The position numbers were made by a program, and so were the translations under genes. The notes beneath the pieces are model-generated. The model searched no databases, had not been told where the DNA came from, and was given only the letters and a program-made list of their open reading frames with translations. Shown one piece after another: positions 26,280 to 39,449 of a DNA stretch of 64,000 bases. How positions within the stretch are numbered: the stretch's first letter is position 1; the number at the start of each line of letters is the position of its first letter. The stretch is taken from contig NC_087436.1 of assembly GCF_036321535.1 (NCBI RefSeq), forward strand, positions 110,858,001-110,922,000, given 5' to 3'. This DNA comes from Camelus dromedarius (Eukaryota).

Positions 26280-26959
26280 ACAAACTTTCCTGAGCTTTAA
26301 TTTACATAAAACAAAATGTTGCCATTTTAATTATACAGTTTTATTAGTTTTGACAAATACTAATGTAATCATTATTTCAATTAAAATAAATAATCTCCAT
26401 CAACCCAAAAAGTACTTTTGTGTTCCTCAGCAATCAATACCTCTCCCCACACAAAGCCTCAGAAAAAATATGTTTTCTATTTTCTAGTTTTGCTTTTCTA
26501 CTAAGATTCAGAAAATTTGAAATCATACAGTATGTATATTTTGTGTTTGACTTCATTAGTTCAGCATAATTTCTTCAAGATCCACCCATATGGTTATAAG
26601 AATCAGTAATTTTTTTCTTTTTATTGCTGATAACTACCTCTCAATGAAGATGTACTATTGTTTATTTATCTACTCATTTGTTGTTGGGCATATGGTTGTT
26701 TCCAGTGTTGAGCTATTATAAATGAAACTGCTGTACCATTCATGTACCAGTCATTGAATGGACATAAGCTTTCATTTCTCTCGGGTAACTACCTAGCAGT
26801 GGGATTGGTGAGTCATACAGTAATTGTATGTTTAGCTTTATAAGAAAGGGTCAAACTTTTGTTGAAAAAGGTTGTACCACTTTATATTCCCATCAGCACT
26901 GTTTTCAAGTTCCTCCACATCTTCATCAGCACTTGCTGTGGTCAGTCTTTTTAATTTTA
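26280..26959 (-). mobile_element. Old L1M (L1MB/MC-like) 3' part, left piece
   Basis: Reverse L1 3' UTR: 'aatcatacagtatgta...ttgtttccag...gttcctccacatcttcatcagcacttg'. Confidence 0.8.
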
Positions 26960-29900
26960 TTTTTTATTGAAGTGTAGCTGATTTACAATGTTAATTTCAG
27001 GTGTACAGCAAAGCAATTCAGTTATACATACATGTATGTATTTTTTTCTTTTCAGATTCTTTTCCATTATATGTTATTACAAGAAACTGAATATAGTTCC
27101 CTGTGCTATAGAGTACATCCTTGTTGTTTATCTATTTTGTATATAGTAATGTATATCTGTTAATCCCAAAGTCCTAATTTATCCCTCACCTGCACTTTCC
27201 CCTTTGGTAACCAATTTTTTTTCTATGTCCATGAGTCTGTTTTTTGTTTGTAAATAGAATTTGTATCTTTTTTTTAGATTCCGCATATAAGTGATATCAT
27301 ATGGTATTTGTCTTTCTCTGTCTGACTTACTTCACTTATTATGACAATCTCTATATCCATCTATTTTGCTGCAAATGGCATTATTTCATTCTTTTTTATG
27401 GCTGGGTAATATTCCATTGTGTGTATATATATCACATCTTTATTCAATCATTTCTTGATAGACATTTAGGTTGTTTCCATGTCTCGGCTATTGTATGTAG
27501 TGTTGCTATGAACACTGGAGTGTATGTGTCTTTTCGAATTACAGTCTTCTCCAGATATATGCCCAGGAGTGGGATTGCTGATCATATGGTAAGTCTATTT
27601 TCAGTTTTTTAAGGAACCTCCATATTGTCCTCCATTGTGGCTGTACCAACTTACATTCCCACCAACAGTGCAGGAGGGTTCCCTTTTCTCCACACTCTCT
27701 CCAGCCCTTATTATTTGTAAACTTTTTAATGATGGCCATTCTGACTGGTGTGAAGTGATACCTCATTGCACTTCTGATTTGCATTTCTCTAATAATTAGC
27801 AATATTGCACATACTTTTATGTGCCTGTTGGCCAACCAGATGTCTTCTCTGGAGAAATGTCTATTTAGGTCTTCTGCCCATTTTTTGATTGGGTTATTTT
27901 TGTTTTGTTTTGTTTTGTATATTAAGCTGTATGAACTATTTGTATACTTTGGAAATTAGTCTCTTTTTGGTCCTGCCATTTGCAAATATTTTCTCCCATT
28001 CTGTAGGTTATCTTTTCATTTTGTTTATGGTTTCCTTTGCTGTGTGAAAGCTTTTAAGTTTAATTAGGTCTCATTTCTTTATTTTGCTTTTATTTCCATT
28101 ACTCTAGGAGCTGGTTTAAAAAATATAATGCTGAAATTTATTTGCAATTTATTTTGACAAGAGTGTTCTGCCTATGTTTTCCTCTAGGAGTTTTGTAGAA
28201 TCTGGTCTTACATTTAGGTCTTTAATCCATTTTGAATTTATTCTTGTATATGGTGTTAGAGAATGCTCTAATTTCATTTTTTTACATGTAGCTGTCCAGT
28301 TTTCCCAGCACCATTTATTGAAGAGACTGTCTTTTCTCTATTGTATATTCTTTGCTTCCTTTGTCACAGATTAATTAACCATAAGTGTGTGGGTGTATTT
28401 CTAGACTTTCTTTCCTGTTCGATTGATCTGTGTGTCTGTTTTTGTGCCAGCACCATACTGTTTTGATTACTGTAGCTTTGTAGTAGGGTCTGAAGTCAGG
28501 GAGCGTGATTCTTTCAGCTCCCTTCTTCTTTTTCAAGATTGTTTGGGCTATTCAGGGTCTTTTGTGGTTCCATACTAACTTTAACATTTTTTTGTCCTAG
28601 TTCTGTGAAAAATGTCATTGGCAATTTGTTAGGGACTGCACTGAACTTGTATATTGCCTTGGGTAGTATGGCCATTTTAACAATACTGACTTCCAGTCCA
28701 AGAATAGAGCATATCTTTTCATCTATTTCTGTCTGTTTCTTTCATCAGTGTCATAGTTTTTGAAGTTCAGGCCCTTTGCTTCCTTAGGTAGGTTTATTCC
28801 TAGGTATTTTATTCTTTTTAATGTGATGGTAAATGGGATTGCTTCTTTAATTTCTTTTCCTGCTATTTTGTTGTTAGTGTATAGAAATGCAACTGATTTC
28901 TGCATGTTAATTTTGTATCCTGCAACTTTACCAAGTCCATTGAGCTCTAGTAGTTTCCTGGTAGTGTCTTTAGGATTTTCTACGTATAGTATCATGTCAT
29001 CTGCAAACAGTGACAGTTTTACTTCTTCTTTTCCAATTTGCATTCCTATTTCCTTTACTTCTCTGATTTCTGTAGCTAGGGCTTCCAAAACGATGTTGAA
29101 TATAAGTGATGAGAGTGGGCATCCTTGTCTTGTTCAAGAAAAAAAATTATTAAAATCAGAAATGAAAAATGAGAAGTTACAACTGACACAGAAATACAAA
29201 GGATCCTAAGAGACTGCTTTGAGCAACTGTACTCTAATAAAATGGACAACCTGGAAGAAATGGACAATTCTTAGAAAGGTACAATCCTATTCCTTCCTCT
29301 GAAATTTTCTGGAATAGTTTCAGGAGGACAGGCATTAACTCTTCTTTTCAGTTATTAAATTCTTCATCTCTGGTTGGTTGTTCTTTATTTTTTTCTATCT
29401 CTTTGCTAACAACTTCCATCTTATTGCTCCCCTCATCCATTCTTCTCCCAAGATTTTTGATCATCCTTAATGCTCATAACTCTGAATTCTTTCTCCACAT
29501 CACTTAGTTCTTCTTCTGGAGTTTTATCTTATTCCTTTGTCTGGAAGGTATTCCTCTGCTACCTCATTTTGTTTTAAATTTCTATTTGTATTTTTATATA
29601 TGTGGCAAGTTAGTTAAGTTTCTCAACCCTGGAGAAGTGGCCCTCTATAGGAGATGCCCTATGTTTCCCAGCAGTGGACTCCCTTCTCATCACTCAGGGG
29701 CCCATGGTCAGCTCATCCCAGGGTAGACTCTGGCCTGTGTTTGCAGGCTTGCTTCATAGGTTACAAGATAGAACTTTTCTAGCTCCTGATGTCTGCCCCC
29801 TGGTGGATGAGGTTGATCTAGAGGCTGTGCAGGCTTCCTGGTGGGAGGCGCTGGTGCCTGTCCACTGGTGGATAGGGCTTGGTCTTGGCCTTCTCGTGGG

Positions 29901-30690
29901 CAGAGACATGTCCTGGGTCATGTCTAGGGGTAGCTGGGAGGTCAGCTTTAGGCAGTCTGTCTGCTGATGAGTAGAGATATTTCCCCACCCAGTTAATTGT
30001 TTGGCCTGAGGCATTCCAGCTCTGAAGCCGAAAGGCTGCTGGGTGGGGCCAAGTCTCAGTGCTAAAGTCCAAGCAAGATGTCAGCCTCCTGGAAGAAGAG
30101 TTCATTCAGATGAACACCCTTGAATGCCTGCATCTGTGTCTACGTCCCCAGAGTGAATCATAGCCACCCCACACCTCCCCAAGAGTAGCAGGTAGGTCTG
30201 GCCCAGGCTCCTATGAAATTACTGCTTTTGCCCTCAGTCCCAGTAAGCATGAGATTTTATGTACAACCTTTAAGCACAGAGTTTCTGTTTCCCCTCGTCT
30301 CGTGGAGCGCCTGTAATCAAGGTCCATTAGTCCTCAAAGCCCAACAATCTGGTGGCTCCTCTTCTCAGTGCTGGACTCCTAGGCTGGGGAGCCTGACATG
30401 GAACTCAAAACTCTGACTCCCATGGAAGAATCTCTGCAATATAATTATTCTCCAGTCTGTGGGTGGTCCACCTGGGTGCTAGGGAACCTGATTATATTGC
30501 AAGTCCACCCATTCTACCGGTCTTGTCATGGTTTCCACTTACAGATTTGAGCTACAGAAGATCCTTTCTGGTAGTTTCCAAGCTTTTTTTTTAATCACTA
30601 GTTGTTCTGCAGTTAGTCGTGATCTTGGTGTGTCTGCAAGAAGAGGTGAGCTCTAGCTTCCTCAAGTCCATCATCTTGGCTGCCAGTCCT
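26960..30690 (-). mobile_element. Cetartiodactyl-type L1 with 5' UTR, ORF1 start, rearranged interior, ORF2 3' half and 3' UTR
   Basis: ORF track 28723-29088(-) gives ..[15 protein letters not shown].. (RT motif); 27539-27835(-) matches the ORF2 C-terminus; 5' end reads 'ggcagccaagatg' on minus; TSD-like cagtctttttaatttta (26943-26959) / cagtctttcaatttta (30691-30706). Confidence 0.9.
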
Positions 30691-31145
30691 CAGTCTTTCA
30701 ATTTTAGTCATTCCTCTCAGTGTGTGGGGGTATTTCATTGTGGTTTAATTTGCATTTCCTGAGGACAATGATTTTTAGCATCTTTTCATTGCTCATTGGC
30801 CAGTCATACATCTTCTTACATAAAGTATCTGTTTATATATTTGATCACCTTATTCATTTGGTAATTTGTCCTCCACTATTGAGTAGTAACAGTTCTTTAT
30901 ATATTATGCATATATGTCTTATCAGGTTTATGTACTGGAACATTTTCTCCCAGTCTATGGTATCCTGTTTCATTTCCTGTGGCTTTCAAAGAACAAATTT
31001 TGATTTTAATGAATTCCAAATTATCAATTTCTCTTTTCTAACTCATGACTTTTGTGCCTTAAGTAATCTTTGCCTGCCCAAGGTCACAAAGAATTACTTC
31101 TATGTTTTGTTCTAGAAGTTTTAAAATTTTAGCTTTTACATTTAG
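30691..31145 (-). mobile_element. Old L1M, right piece continuing 26280-26959
   Basis: Resumes with 'attttagtcattc...gtatttcattgtggtttaatttgcatttcc'. Confidence 0.8.
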
Positions 31146-31256
31146 ATACATTCATTCAATAATAAAGCCTCCAAACATAAGAAGCAAAAACTGACAGAAA
31201 TGAAGATGTACATAAATTAATGTTCATCAAATATTTCAATAAACACTCTTAATAAT

Positions 31257-31629
31257 TGTCTTTGTCAACTTGGGATGCCATAACAAAATACCACAGACTG
31301 GGTGACTCAAACAAAAAGACATTATTTTCTCACAATTCTGGAGGCTGGAAGTCTGAGATTAGAGTGTCAGTGAGGTTAGAACCTGGTGAGGGCTCTCTTC
31401 CTGGTTTGCAGGTGGCTACCTTCTAGCTAAATACTTACATGGCAATAGAGAGAAAGAAAGCTCTCCAGTGTCTCTGGTTGTAAGGACACTAATTTCTTCA
31501 CAAGGGTCCCACTTTCATGATGCTGTCTAAACCTAACTACCTCCCAAGAACCCATCTCCAAATAGCATCACACTGAGGGTTAGAGTTTCAACATATAAAT
31601 CTGTGGAGGATACAATTCAGTCCATAGAA
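31257..31629 (-). mobile_element. MLT1A-type MaLR solo LTR with 5-bp TSD
   Basis: 'gccataacaaaataccacagactggg...tctggaggctggaagtc...caattcagtccatag'; ataat at 31252-31256 and 31630-31634. Confidence 0.9.
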
Positions 31630-32624
31630 ATAATCAACAGAATAACTAAACAGAAAGTCATTAAAGCATAGAAGATGTAAGCAATGCATTTGACAAACTT
31701 GATTTAATTGACATTTATAGAACACTTCACATGACAACAGAAAAGTAAACTTTTTTTTCAAGTGCACACAGAACATTTACCAGCATATGTCATTTTCTGG
31801 GTCATTAAAATGTTTTCAGTGAATTTAAAAGTATGTTCCCTGACCACAGTAGAATTTTCTTAGAACTCAAGAACAAAAACATTTCTGGAAAATGCCTAAA
31901 TATTTCAAATGTAAGTAACACATTTCTAATAATCCATGGATCAAAAAAGATTTCAAAAGAGAAATTAGAAATTATTTTGAACTGAATTGAATAAAAATAA
32001 AAATATATTGAAGTTTGAGGGATGCAACTAAAGTATTACTTAGGGAAGGATTTATAGCACTAAATGCCTAACTTAAAAAATAAAAAGGGTCTCAAGAAAA
32101 ACAAAAATTGCACATTAAGAAACTAGAAAATAAGAACAAATTAAACTCAAAGTTAGTAAAGAGAAGAAATAATAATACGATCAGAGTGGCCATCATTGAA
32201 ATAGGACAAAATAGAGATAGTGACACAAAAAACTTGTTCTTTGAAAAGATGCCAGTAAATTCAAATTAGATGAAATGGACAAATTCTGTGAAAGACATAA
32301 ATTACCAAAGTTCACATAATAAGAAATATATAACCTGAATAGCCATATATTTACTAAAGAAAATGAATTCATAATTAAAGACCTTCCCACAAAGAAAAAT
32401 CAAGGTCTAGATGATTTCCTTGATGAATTCTACCAAACATTTAAAGGAACAAATAATACCAACCTGCACAAATTCTTCCAGAAAACTGAGAATGAGAGAC
32501 AACTTCTTAAGTCAATGAGGCCATCATTAATTACCGTGATACCAAAATCAAAGAAGGACATTCAACATAACAACTGATGGATAACCCTTAATGAACATAC
32601 ATGAATAACTCTAAACAAATTTTA

Positions 32625-33262
32625 TGAAAACAAACCTTCATACACTACTAGTGGGAATTTAAAATCGAGCAGCCAACTTTGGAAAACAGTTTGTATTTCC
32701 TCAAGTGTCAAACATAGAGTAACCATATGACATAACAATTCTACTCTGAGGTATCTACCCCAAAGGGAAAAAAAAAAATGTGTCCACACAAAAACATGTA
32801 CATGGATGTTTACAGAAGCATTAATCATGATAACCAAAAAGTAGAAATAACCCAAATGCTCATCAATATTTGACTAGATAAATAAATGTGCAATACAATA
32901 AACTATTATTTGGGAATAAAAAGGAATGTATTACTGATACATACCAAAAAAACACTTGAGCCTCAAAAACATTATGCAAAGTGTAAGGAGGCAAACACAA
33001 AAGACCACATATTGTACAATTTCATATATGAAGTATCCAGAATAGGCAAATCTATAAGACATAAATTAGATTAGTGATTACCTAGTGCTGGACGGGAGGG
33101 TTGCCTGGGGGCAACCAGGGTTTCTTTTGGTGCTCATGAAAGATGTTCTAAAGTTAGATTATGGTGATTATTGTATAAATATGTAATATAATTAAAACCA
33201 TTCAATTTTATACTTTAAATAAGTGGTCTTTATAACATGTAAATTATATTTCAATAAAGCAA
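32625..33262 (+). mobile_element. Nested L1 3' fragment (L1MB-like)
   Basis: Complete 3' UTR ending 'aaattatatttcaataaagc', interrupting the host ORF2. Confidence 0.75.
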
Positions 33263-33377
33263 CTGAATAAACTGGCAACTCAAATCCAATAATATATTGA
33301 AAGAATAATGTATCATGAGTTAATAAAATATATTTTTATATATAAAAGTGGGGTTTGTCCCAGGAATGCAAGATTTG

Positions 33378-33424
33378 TTAACAAACTAAACATATTAACA
33401 AACTAAACATATTAACAAACTAAA
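33378..33424. repeat. 17-bp tandem repeat, ~2.8 copies
   Basis: ttaacaaactaaacata x2 plus ttaacaaactaaa. Confidence 0.9.
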
Positions 33425-33901
33425 AAGTAAAAGCTACATTATCATTATAACAAATATAGGAAAAGCATTTGACAAAATGCATTTGACAAAATTCAACATC
33501 CATTCCTAATAAAATTTACCAGAAAACTAGGAATAAAAGGGAGCTTCCTCAACCTGATAAAGAACACCTACAAAAACCCTACAACTAACATACTTAAAGG
33601 GGAAATAGTGAATACTTTCTCTGTAAGATCAGTAACAAAGCAAGATGTCCTATTCTCTCTACTTCTTTTCAACATTTTACTCAAGGTTCCAGCCAGTGAA
33701 ATAAAGCAGTATTTAAAAATTTAGACCATGTAAATAGAAAGAGAAGTAAAATGCCTCTATTTGCAGAAAACATAATTATCTACATAGAAGGTCCAAAAAA
33801 ATCCACAAAAAGTTACTATAATCAGTGAGTTTAGAAAGGTTATAGGATATAAGACAAACAGATTAAAAGAATTATAGTTCTAAATAGCAACAGTGAACAT
33901 T

Positions 33902-35876
33902 AGATTAATATATTAGAAATCTGTTGTATTTCTTTACACTATCACAGAAAGAGCAAGTGAAAAACAATCCCATTTAAAATTGCATCAAAAAATAAAATAA
34001 AATACCTCAGCACAAACCTAATAAGGATATAAAAGACCAACACTCTGAAAACTATAAAACATTGACAAAGGAAACTGATGATGATGATGCAAAAAAACGT
34101 AAGTATATGGCATGCTTTTGGCTTGCAAGAATTAATATTGTTAAAATAGCCATACTACCCAATGAAATCTACAGATTTAATGCTACCCCTATCAAATTAC
34201 CCAGGACATTTTTCACAGAACTAGAACAAATAATGCTAAAATTTATACAGAACCACAAAAGACCCAGAATTGCTAAAGCAATTCTGAGGAAAAAGAATAA
34301 AGCTGGAGGCATAACCCTCCCAGACTGCAGACAATACTACAAAGCTACAGTAATCAAAACAGTGTGGTATTAGAACAGACATACAGATTAATGGGACAGG
34401 ACAGAGAAGCCAGAAATAAACCCACACACCTACAGTCAATAAATCTGCAACAAAGGAAGCAAGAATACACAATGAAGAAAAGATAAACTCTTCAGCAAAT
34501 GGTGTTGGGAAAGCCTCATGGGAAGCAATGAAATTAGAACACCCCCTCACACCATATGCAAAAATAAACTCAAAATGGTTTGAAGACCTAAATATAACAC
34601 ATGACACCATAAAACTCCTAGAAGAAAGCATAGGCAAAACATTCACAGACATAAATTGTAGAAATATTTTTCATAGATCAGTTTTCCAAGGCAAAATTAA
34701 AAAAGCAAAAATAAATGGGACATAATCAAACTTAAAAGGTTTTGCGTAACAAAGGGAACCATCAACAAAATGAAAAGACAAACTATAGAATGGGAGAAAA
34801 AATTTGCAAACAATGCCATGGACAAGGGCTTCATTTCCAAAATAAACAAACAGCTCATACAACTCAATATCAATAAAAGCAACCCAGTCAAAAAATGGGC
34901 AGACAACAAATGGACAGACTACCTAAACATCTATTTCTCCAAAGGAGACTTACAGATGACCAACGAATAGGCACATGAAAAGATGCTCAACATTGCTAAT
35001 TATCAGAGAAATGCAAATCAAAACCACAATGAGGTTATCACCTCACACTGGTCAGAACGGCTATCATCAAAAAGTCTACAAATAATAAATGCTGGAGAGG
35101 GTGTGGAGAAGAAGGAAACTCTCCTACAATGTTGGTGGGAATGTAGATTGGTGCAGCCACTACGGAAAACAGTATGGAGATTCCTTAAAAACTAAAAATA
35201 GAGCTACCTTATGACCCAGCAATCCCATTCCTGGGCATATATCTGGAAAAGATGAAAACTCTAATTCAAAAAAATGCATGCACCCAATGTTCATAGCAGC
35301 ACCATTTACAACAGCCAAGACATGGGAGCAACTTAAATGTCCATCAACAGATAAATGGATAAAGAAGATGTGTTGTATATATACACTACTTAACCATAAA
35401 AAAGAATGAAATAATACCATCTGCAGCAACATGGATGGACCTAGAGTTTACTGTACTAAGTGAAGTAAGTCAGAGAAAGACAAATATTATGTATCACTTA
35501 TATATGTGGAATCTAAAAAATAATATAAATGAATCTATACACAAAACAGAAACAGACTCACAGACAAAGAAAACAAACTCATGGTTACCAAAGGGAAAGT
35601 GGGGATAGGGATAAATTAAGGGTATGGGGTTACAAGATGCAAAATACTATGCATAAAATAGATAAGCAACAATAATTTACTGTATAACAACACAGGGAAC
35701 AATATTCAATATCTTGTAATAACCTATAATGGAAAATAATCTGAAAATACATTTTATATATGCACACATGCACACGCACACACACACATACATGTATACA
35801 CACACGTATACACCTGAATCTCTTTGCTGTACACCTGAAACTAACACAACACTGTAAATCAACTACAATAAAAAAG
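33902..35876 (+). mobile_element. Nested younger cetartiodactyl-type L1, 5'-truncated
   Basis: ORF 34062-34373 ([23 protein letters not shown]) is L1 ORF2; 3' UTR ends 'gtaaatcaactacaataaaaaa'; contains a CA/TA microsatellite at ~35755-35812. Confidence 0.9.
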
Positions 35877-37467
35877 AGGAATTAAATTGTAAAACATATA
35901 ATTTAAAATAGCATCAAAATATGTAAAATAATTGGAGATAAATGTGACAAAATATATGAAAAACGTGTATACTGGAAATTATAAAACATTGCTTAAAGAA
36001 ATTGAATAAGGCATAAATAAATGGAAAGGCATATCACGTTCATGGAACAGAAGACCCCATTTTGTTAATATGTTAATTCTTCCTAAACTGACCTATAGAT
36101 TCAATGCAATCACAATCAAAATCCAAACAGGCTTCTTTTCTGTACAAATTTGACAAGCTAATTCTAAAATTCACATAAAAATGCAAATGACCTACAATCA
36201 TTAAAACAACTTTAAAAAGAAGCACAAAGTTGGAGAACTAACACGGATATCATGACATACCACAAAGCAACAGTAACTAAGAGAATGTGGTATTGACATA
36301 AAGATAGACAAACAGAACAATGGAACAGAATAAAGAAATAGACCCACACATATACAGAAAACTCATAGACCTAAATGTAAAACCTAAAAGTATAGAACTT
36401 TCAGGAGAAAAAATCTTTGAAATCTTTGGTCAAGTCAAATTTTCTCAGATATAATATCAGAATCACAGTCAATAGAAGAAAAAAACTGATAAATTGAACT
36501 CCACCAGAATTTAAAACTTCCTGCACTTTGGATGACACTGCTAAAAGAATAAGAAAAGCAATATAATGGGAGAAAATATTTGCAAATCATGTATCTGATA
36601 AAGGAATTGTATCCAGAATATATAAAGAAATACAGATGGCAAATAAGCCAGTGAAAATGCAACAACATCAGTCATCATATTCACAATGATATACCATCAG
36701 ATACTTACTAGAGAGGAGAAAGTTTAAAATGACTGACAGTGCCAAGCACTAGTGACAAGGTGAAGGAATTGGACCCTTCATACACAGTTGCTGGAAATGT
36801 AAAATGGTACAATCACTTTTAAAAAACAATTTGGCAGTTTGTTAAGAAGTTAAATGTATGCCTACCATATAATTCAGTCATTCCAGCCTAGGTATTTACT
36901 CTAAAGAAATGAAAGCATATATCCATTCAGAGACCTGTAAATAAATGTTCATAGCAGCTTTATTTATAATAGCCAAAAACTGGAAATAAACCAAATGTCT
37001 ATCAAAAGGTAACTGAATAAACTATGGTATATCTACACATGAAACACTACTCAGCAATAGAAAGGAATTAACAATGGATACATGCTACAACATGGATGAC
37101 TCTCAGAATAATTATTACGAAAGAAGACAGAAAAAAAGAACTCATGCTGTATTGTTCCATTTATGTAAAGCTTTAGAAAATGCAAATTGATCTTCAGTAA
37201 CAATAAGTAGGTCCGTGGTCGCCTGAGGATAAGGCAGGGAAGTAGGTGGGAGAAGAGAGAGGGATTAAAAAAGGGCACAGGAAACTGTTGGAGGTGATGA
37301 AAATGTTCATTATCTTGCTTGTGATGATGGTTTTGCAGGTGTATGCACATGTCAAAACATCAAATTTTACATACTAAATATGCACAGTTTGCTGTAAATC
37401 AATAGTAATTCAACAACTTTGTTTAATGACTTCTGCTTCTTGATTAGACCTTGATTGTTATAATGGA

Positions 37468-37542
37468 AATGAAGGAAGAAGAAAGGAAGGAAGGAAGGAA
37501 AGAGGAAAGGAAGGAAGGAGGGCAGGAGGGAGGAAGGGAGAA
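37468..37542. repeat. GGAA-rich purine tract
   Basis: Imperfect (GGAA)n. Confidence 0.8.
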
Positions 37543-38149
37543 ACTGCAACATGGAATTAAATGGCATGGAAAAAGGAAAGGAATAAATGAAATGGAACAA
37601 AATGGAAAGAGTTCACCTCCTTGAAATCCAAAACAAAAAGCCTTTACAGATAAACTAGAAAATTTGGGGAGGTTTTATTGTTGCAATTATTTAAGGAGAA
37701 AACACCTTTAGGTAGCTTTAATATTTAGCGGCATAGAAGCAGAGGTAAGAGTAGATATACCTTAAACTTTTTTGTTCAAAACAGTATTTCTGAAAAAAAG
37801 AAAACTATATTCTATAATTTTGTCCTAAATATTCTGTAAGTATAGCAATGCCTTCATTTTTTTATTTTAAGTAGCTAGTTGACAGGTTCAGTTGAAGAAA
37901 GGGACAATTGACTGCCTATTCATGGGTCCAGCATCAGAAGACCATAAAATCCGTATTGTAAGATCTCTATAGCATTTCCTATTCCTCATAAGATGGGAGT
38001 AGCAGTTGTATCAAGCCATTAAGAAATTTTACTCTTCTCAGCTCCACTGAGGAATTTTGCTATTACAAAAAACACTCATGCAACAAATATGTGTGTGCTT
38101 CTAGGAAAATTAAGAGTAGCTTCTTGTGATGGACGCTTCTAATTGACTC

Positions 38150-38640
38150 TATAATGTCCAGTCTTTCCTTTTTCCTTTTAATACTCCATGCCCTCCAACA
38201 AGCTTCAGGATGAATTATAGCCAACCAATTGCCTAACACATTTCCCAGACCCCCTTGCATCTAAAATGGCCAAGTGAGTAAGTTCTCACCAATGGAATGT
38301 AAACAGGAGTGATGTGTTGCTTTTACATCACTTCCTTAAATGAGAATGACTTGTCCTTTACTTCTCTCTTTTCATCTTCCTGAAGACCAGAACATAAACG
38401 TGGCCATAAAATGAAAGCATCAGAAATATCGCTGTGGACAACACCCTAGTGGATAGCCGGGCAACATGATTAAAATAACTGGATTACTGGCTGACTTTGT
38501 GAGTCAGAGTCATCTTCCTGTCTTGGACTACAGCCTCCCCAGGGTACTTACGTGAGATAGAAATAAACTTGTCTCTTGTGGAAGCCTTTGTAGTTTGGGG
38601 TCTCAGTGCTATAAGGAGCATGATGTCTTCTCAGATACTT
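38150..38640 (+). mobile_element. MaLR LTR (MLT1I/J-like)
   Basis: 'catttcccagacccccttgcatc...aagttctcaccaatggaatgtaa...gaaataaacttgtctc'. Confidence 0.65.
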
Positions 38641-39449
38641 AGGGACCCTTGCCCTTACCCACCTAAAATTGGTATATTTCTTGAAACAAAAGCGATGTGG
38701 AAAGAATTATGAATAAGAGGCATGAGAATATGCTAAATACTAAATACTAAAGTTGAAGGAAGGAAATTCCTAGCCAGAGGCAAAGAAATCAAAGTAAGAT
38801 CTAAGGATGACAGAGGCAGAGGAAGTGGCTAAAGAAGGAAAGAAAGGAGAGAGGAGAGCCTGCCTAGCATTGAGTATCTTGTTTTAAATCAAAATGAATT
38901 TGAAAAATTCCCAGCCAAGAGCATTTCACTTTCCTGCCATAATTTAAAGTCAAGAGTGTATTTTTGGCAATGGTGGGTTCTCTAATTATACCGGCAAATG
39001 TACTGATGAAGTGGTATTCTCTCCATAAAGCAAACGCCCTTTATTTTGCAAATATTATAAATAATTCTAAGCTTTCTATCTTTTAATAAAGTGGATTTTC
39101 ATCTAATTTGCCAACTATACAGTAATAATTGAGTCAGATATGTATTTATCTTATTCCTCTTTTATCCCTATCTAGTCTTCATAACGAGTTCAGGAAATGT
39201 GCTATTTCATGACTCTTTGGTCTTTATAAAATGAAAATAATTTCATTACTTTTAGAATGAAATATTGCCACATAAAACTGAAATGTGTATCACAAGGACA
39301 CTACTACATGTCTAACAAGCAAACATGGCATTTCATTGGCTTTGCCCCACCTCTGAAATGCAATCCTGAATTTCCACAATTTCTTTTCAAGAAAACTTTG
39401 CTGACATCACTCCTCCATCATCTATATTACTTATTTCTAGCAATAATCC

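Larger units (their letters stand above)
31146..37430 (+). mobile_element. Old L1M element (ORF2 endonuclease region to 3' UTR) hosting nested insertions
   Basis: Colinear decayed ORF2 pieces ('gacatttatagaacac', 'gaattctaccaaacatttaaag', 'aaagcatttgacaaaa', 'ctatagattcaatgcaatc'); 3' UTR ends near 37.4 kb. Confidence 0.8.

Noticed and set aside
28723..29088. Reverse-transcriptase ORF (FADD motif) as a novel RT or retron system
   Set aside because: It is a frameshifted fragment of ordinary L1 ORF2.
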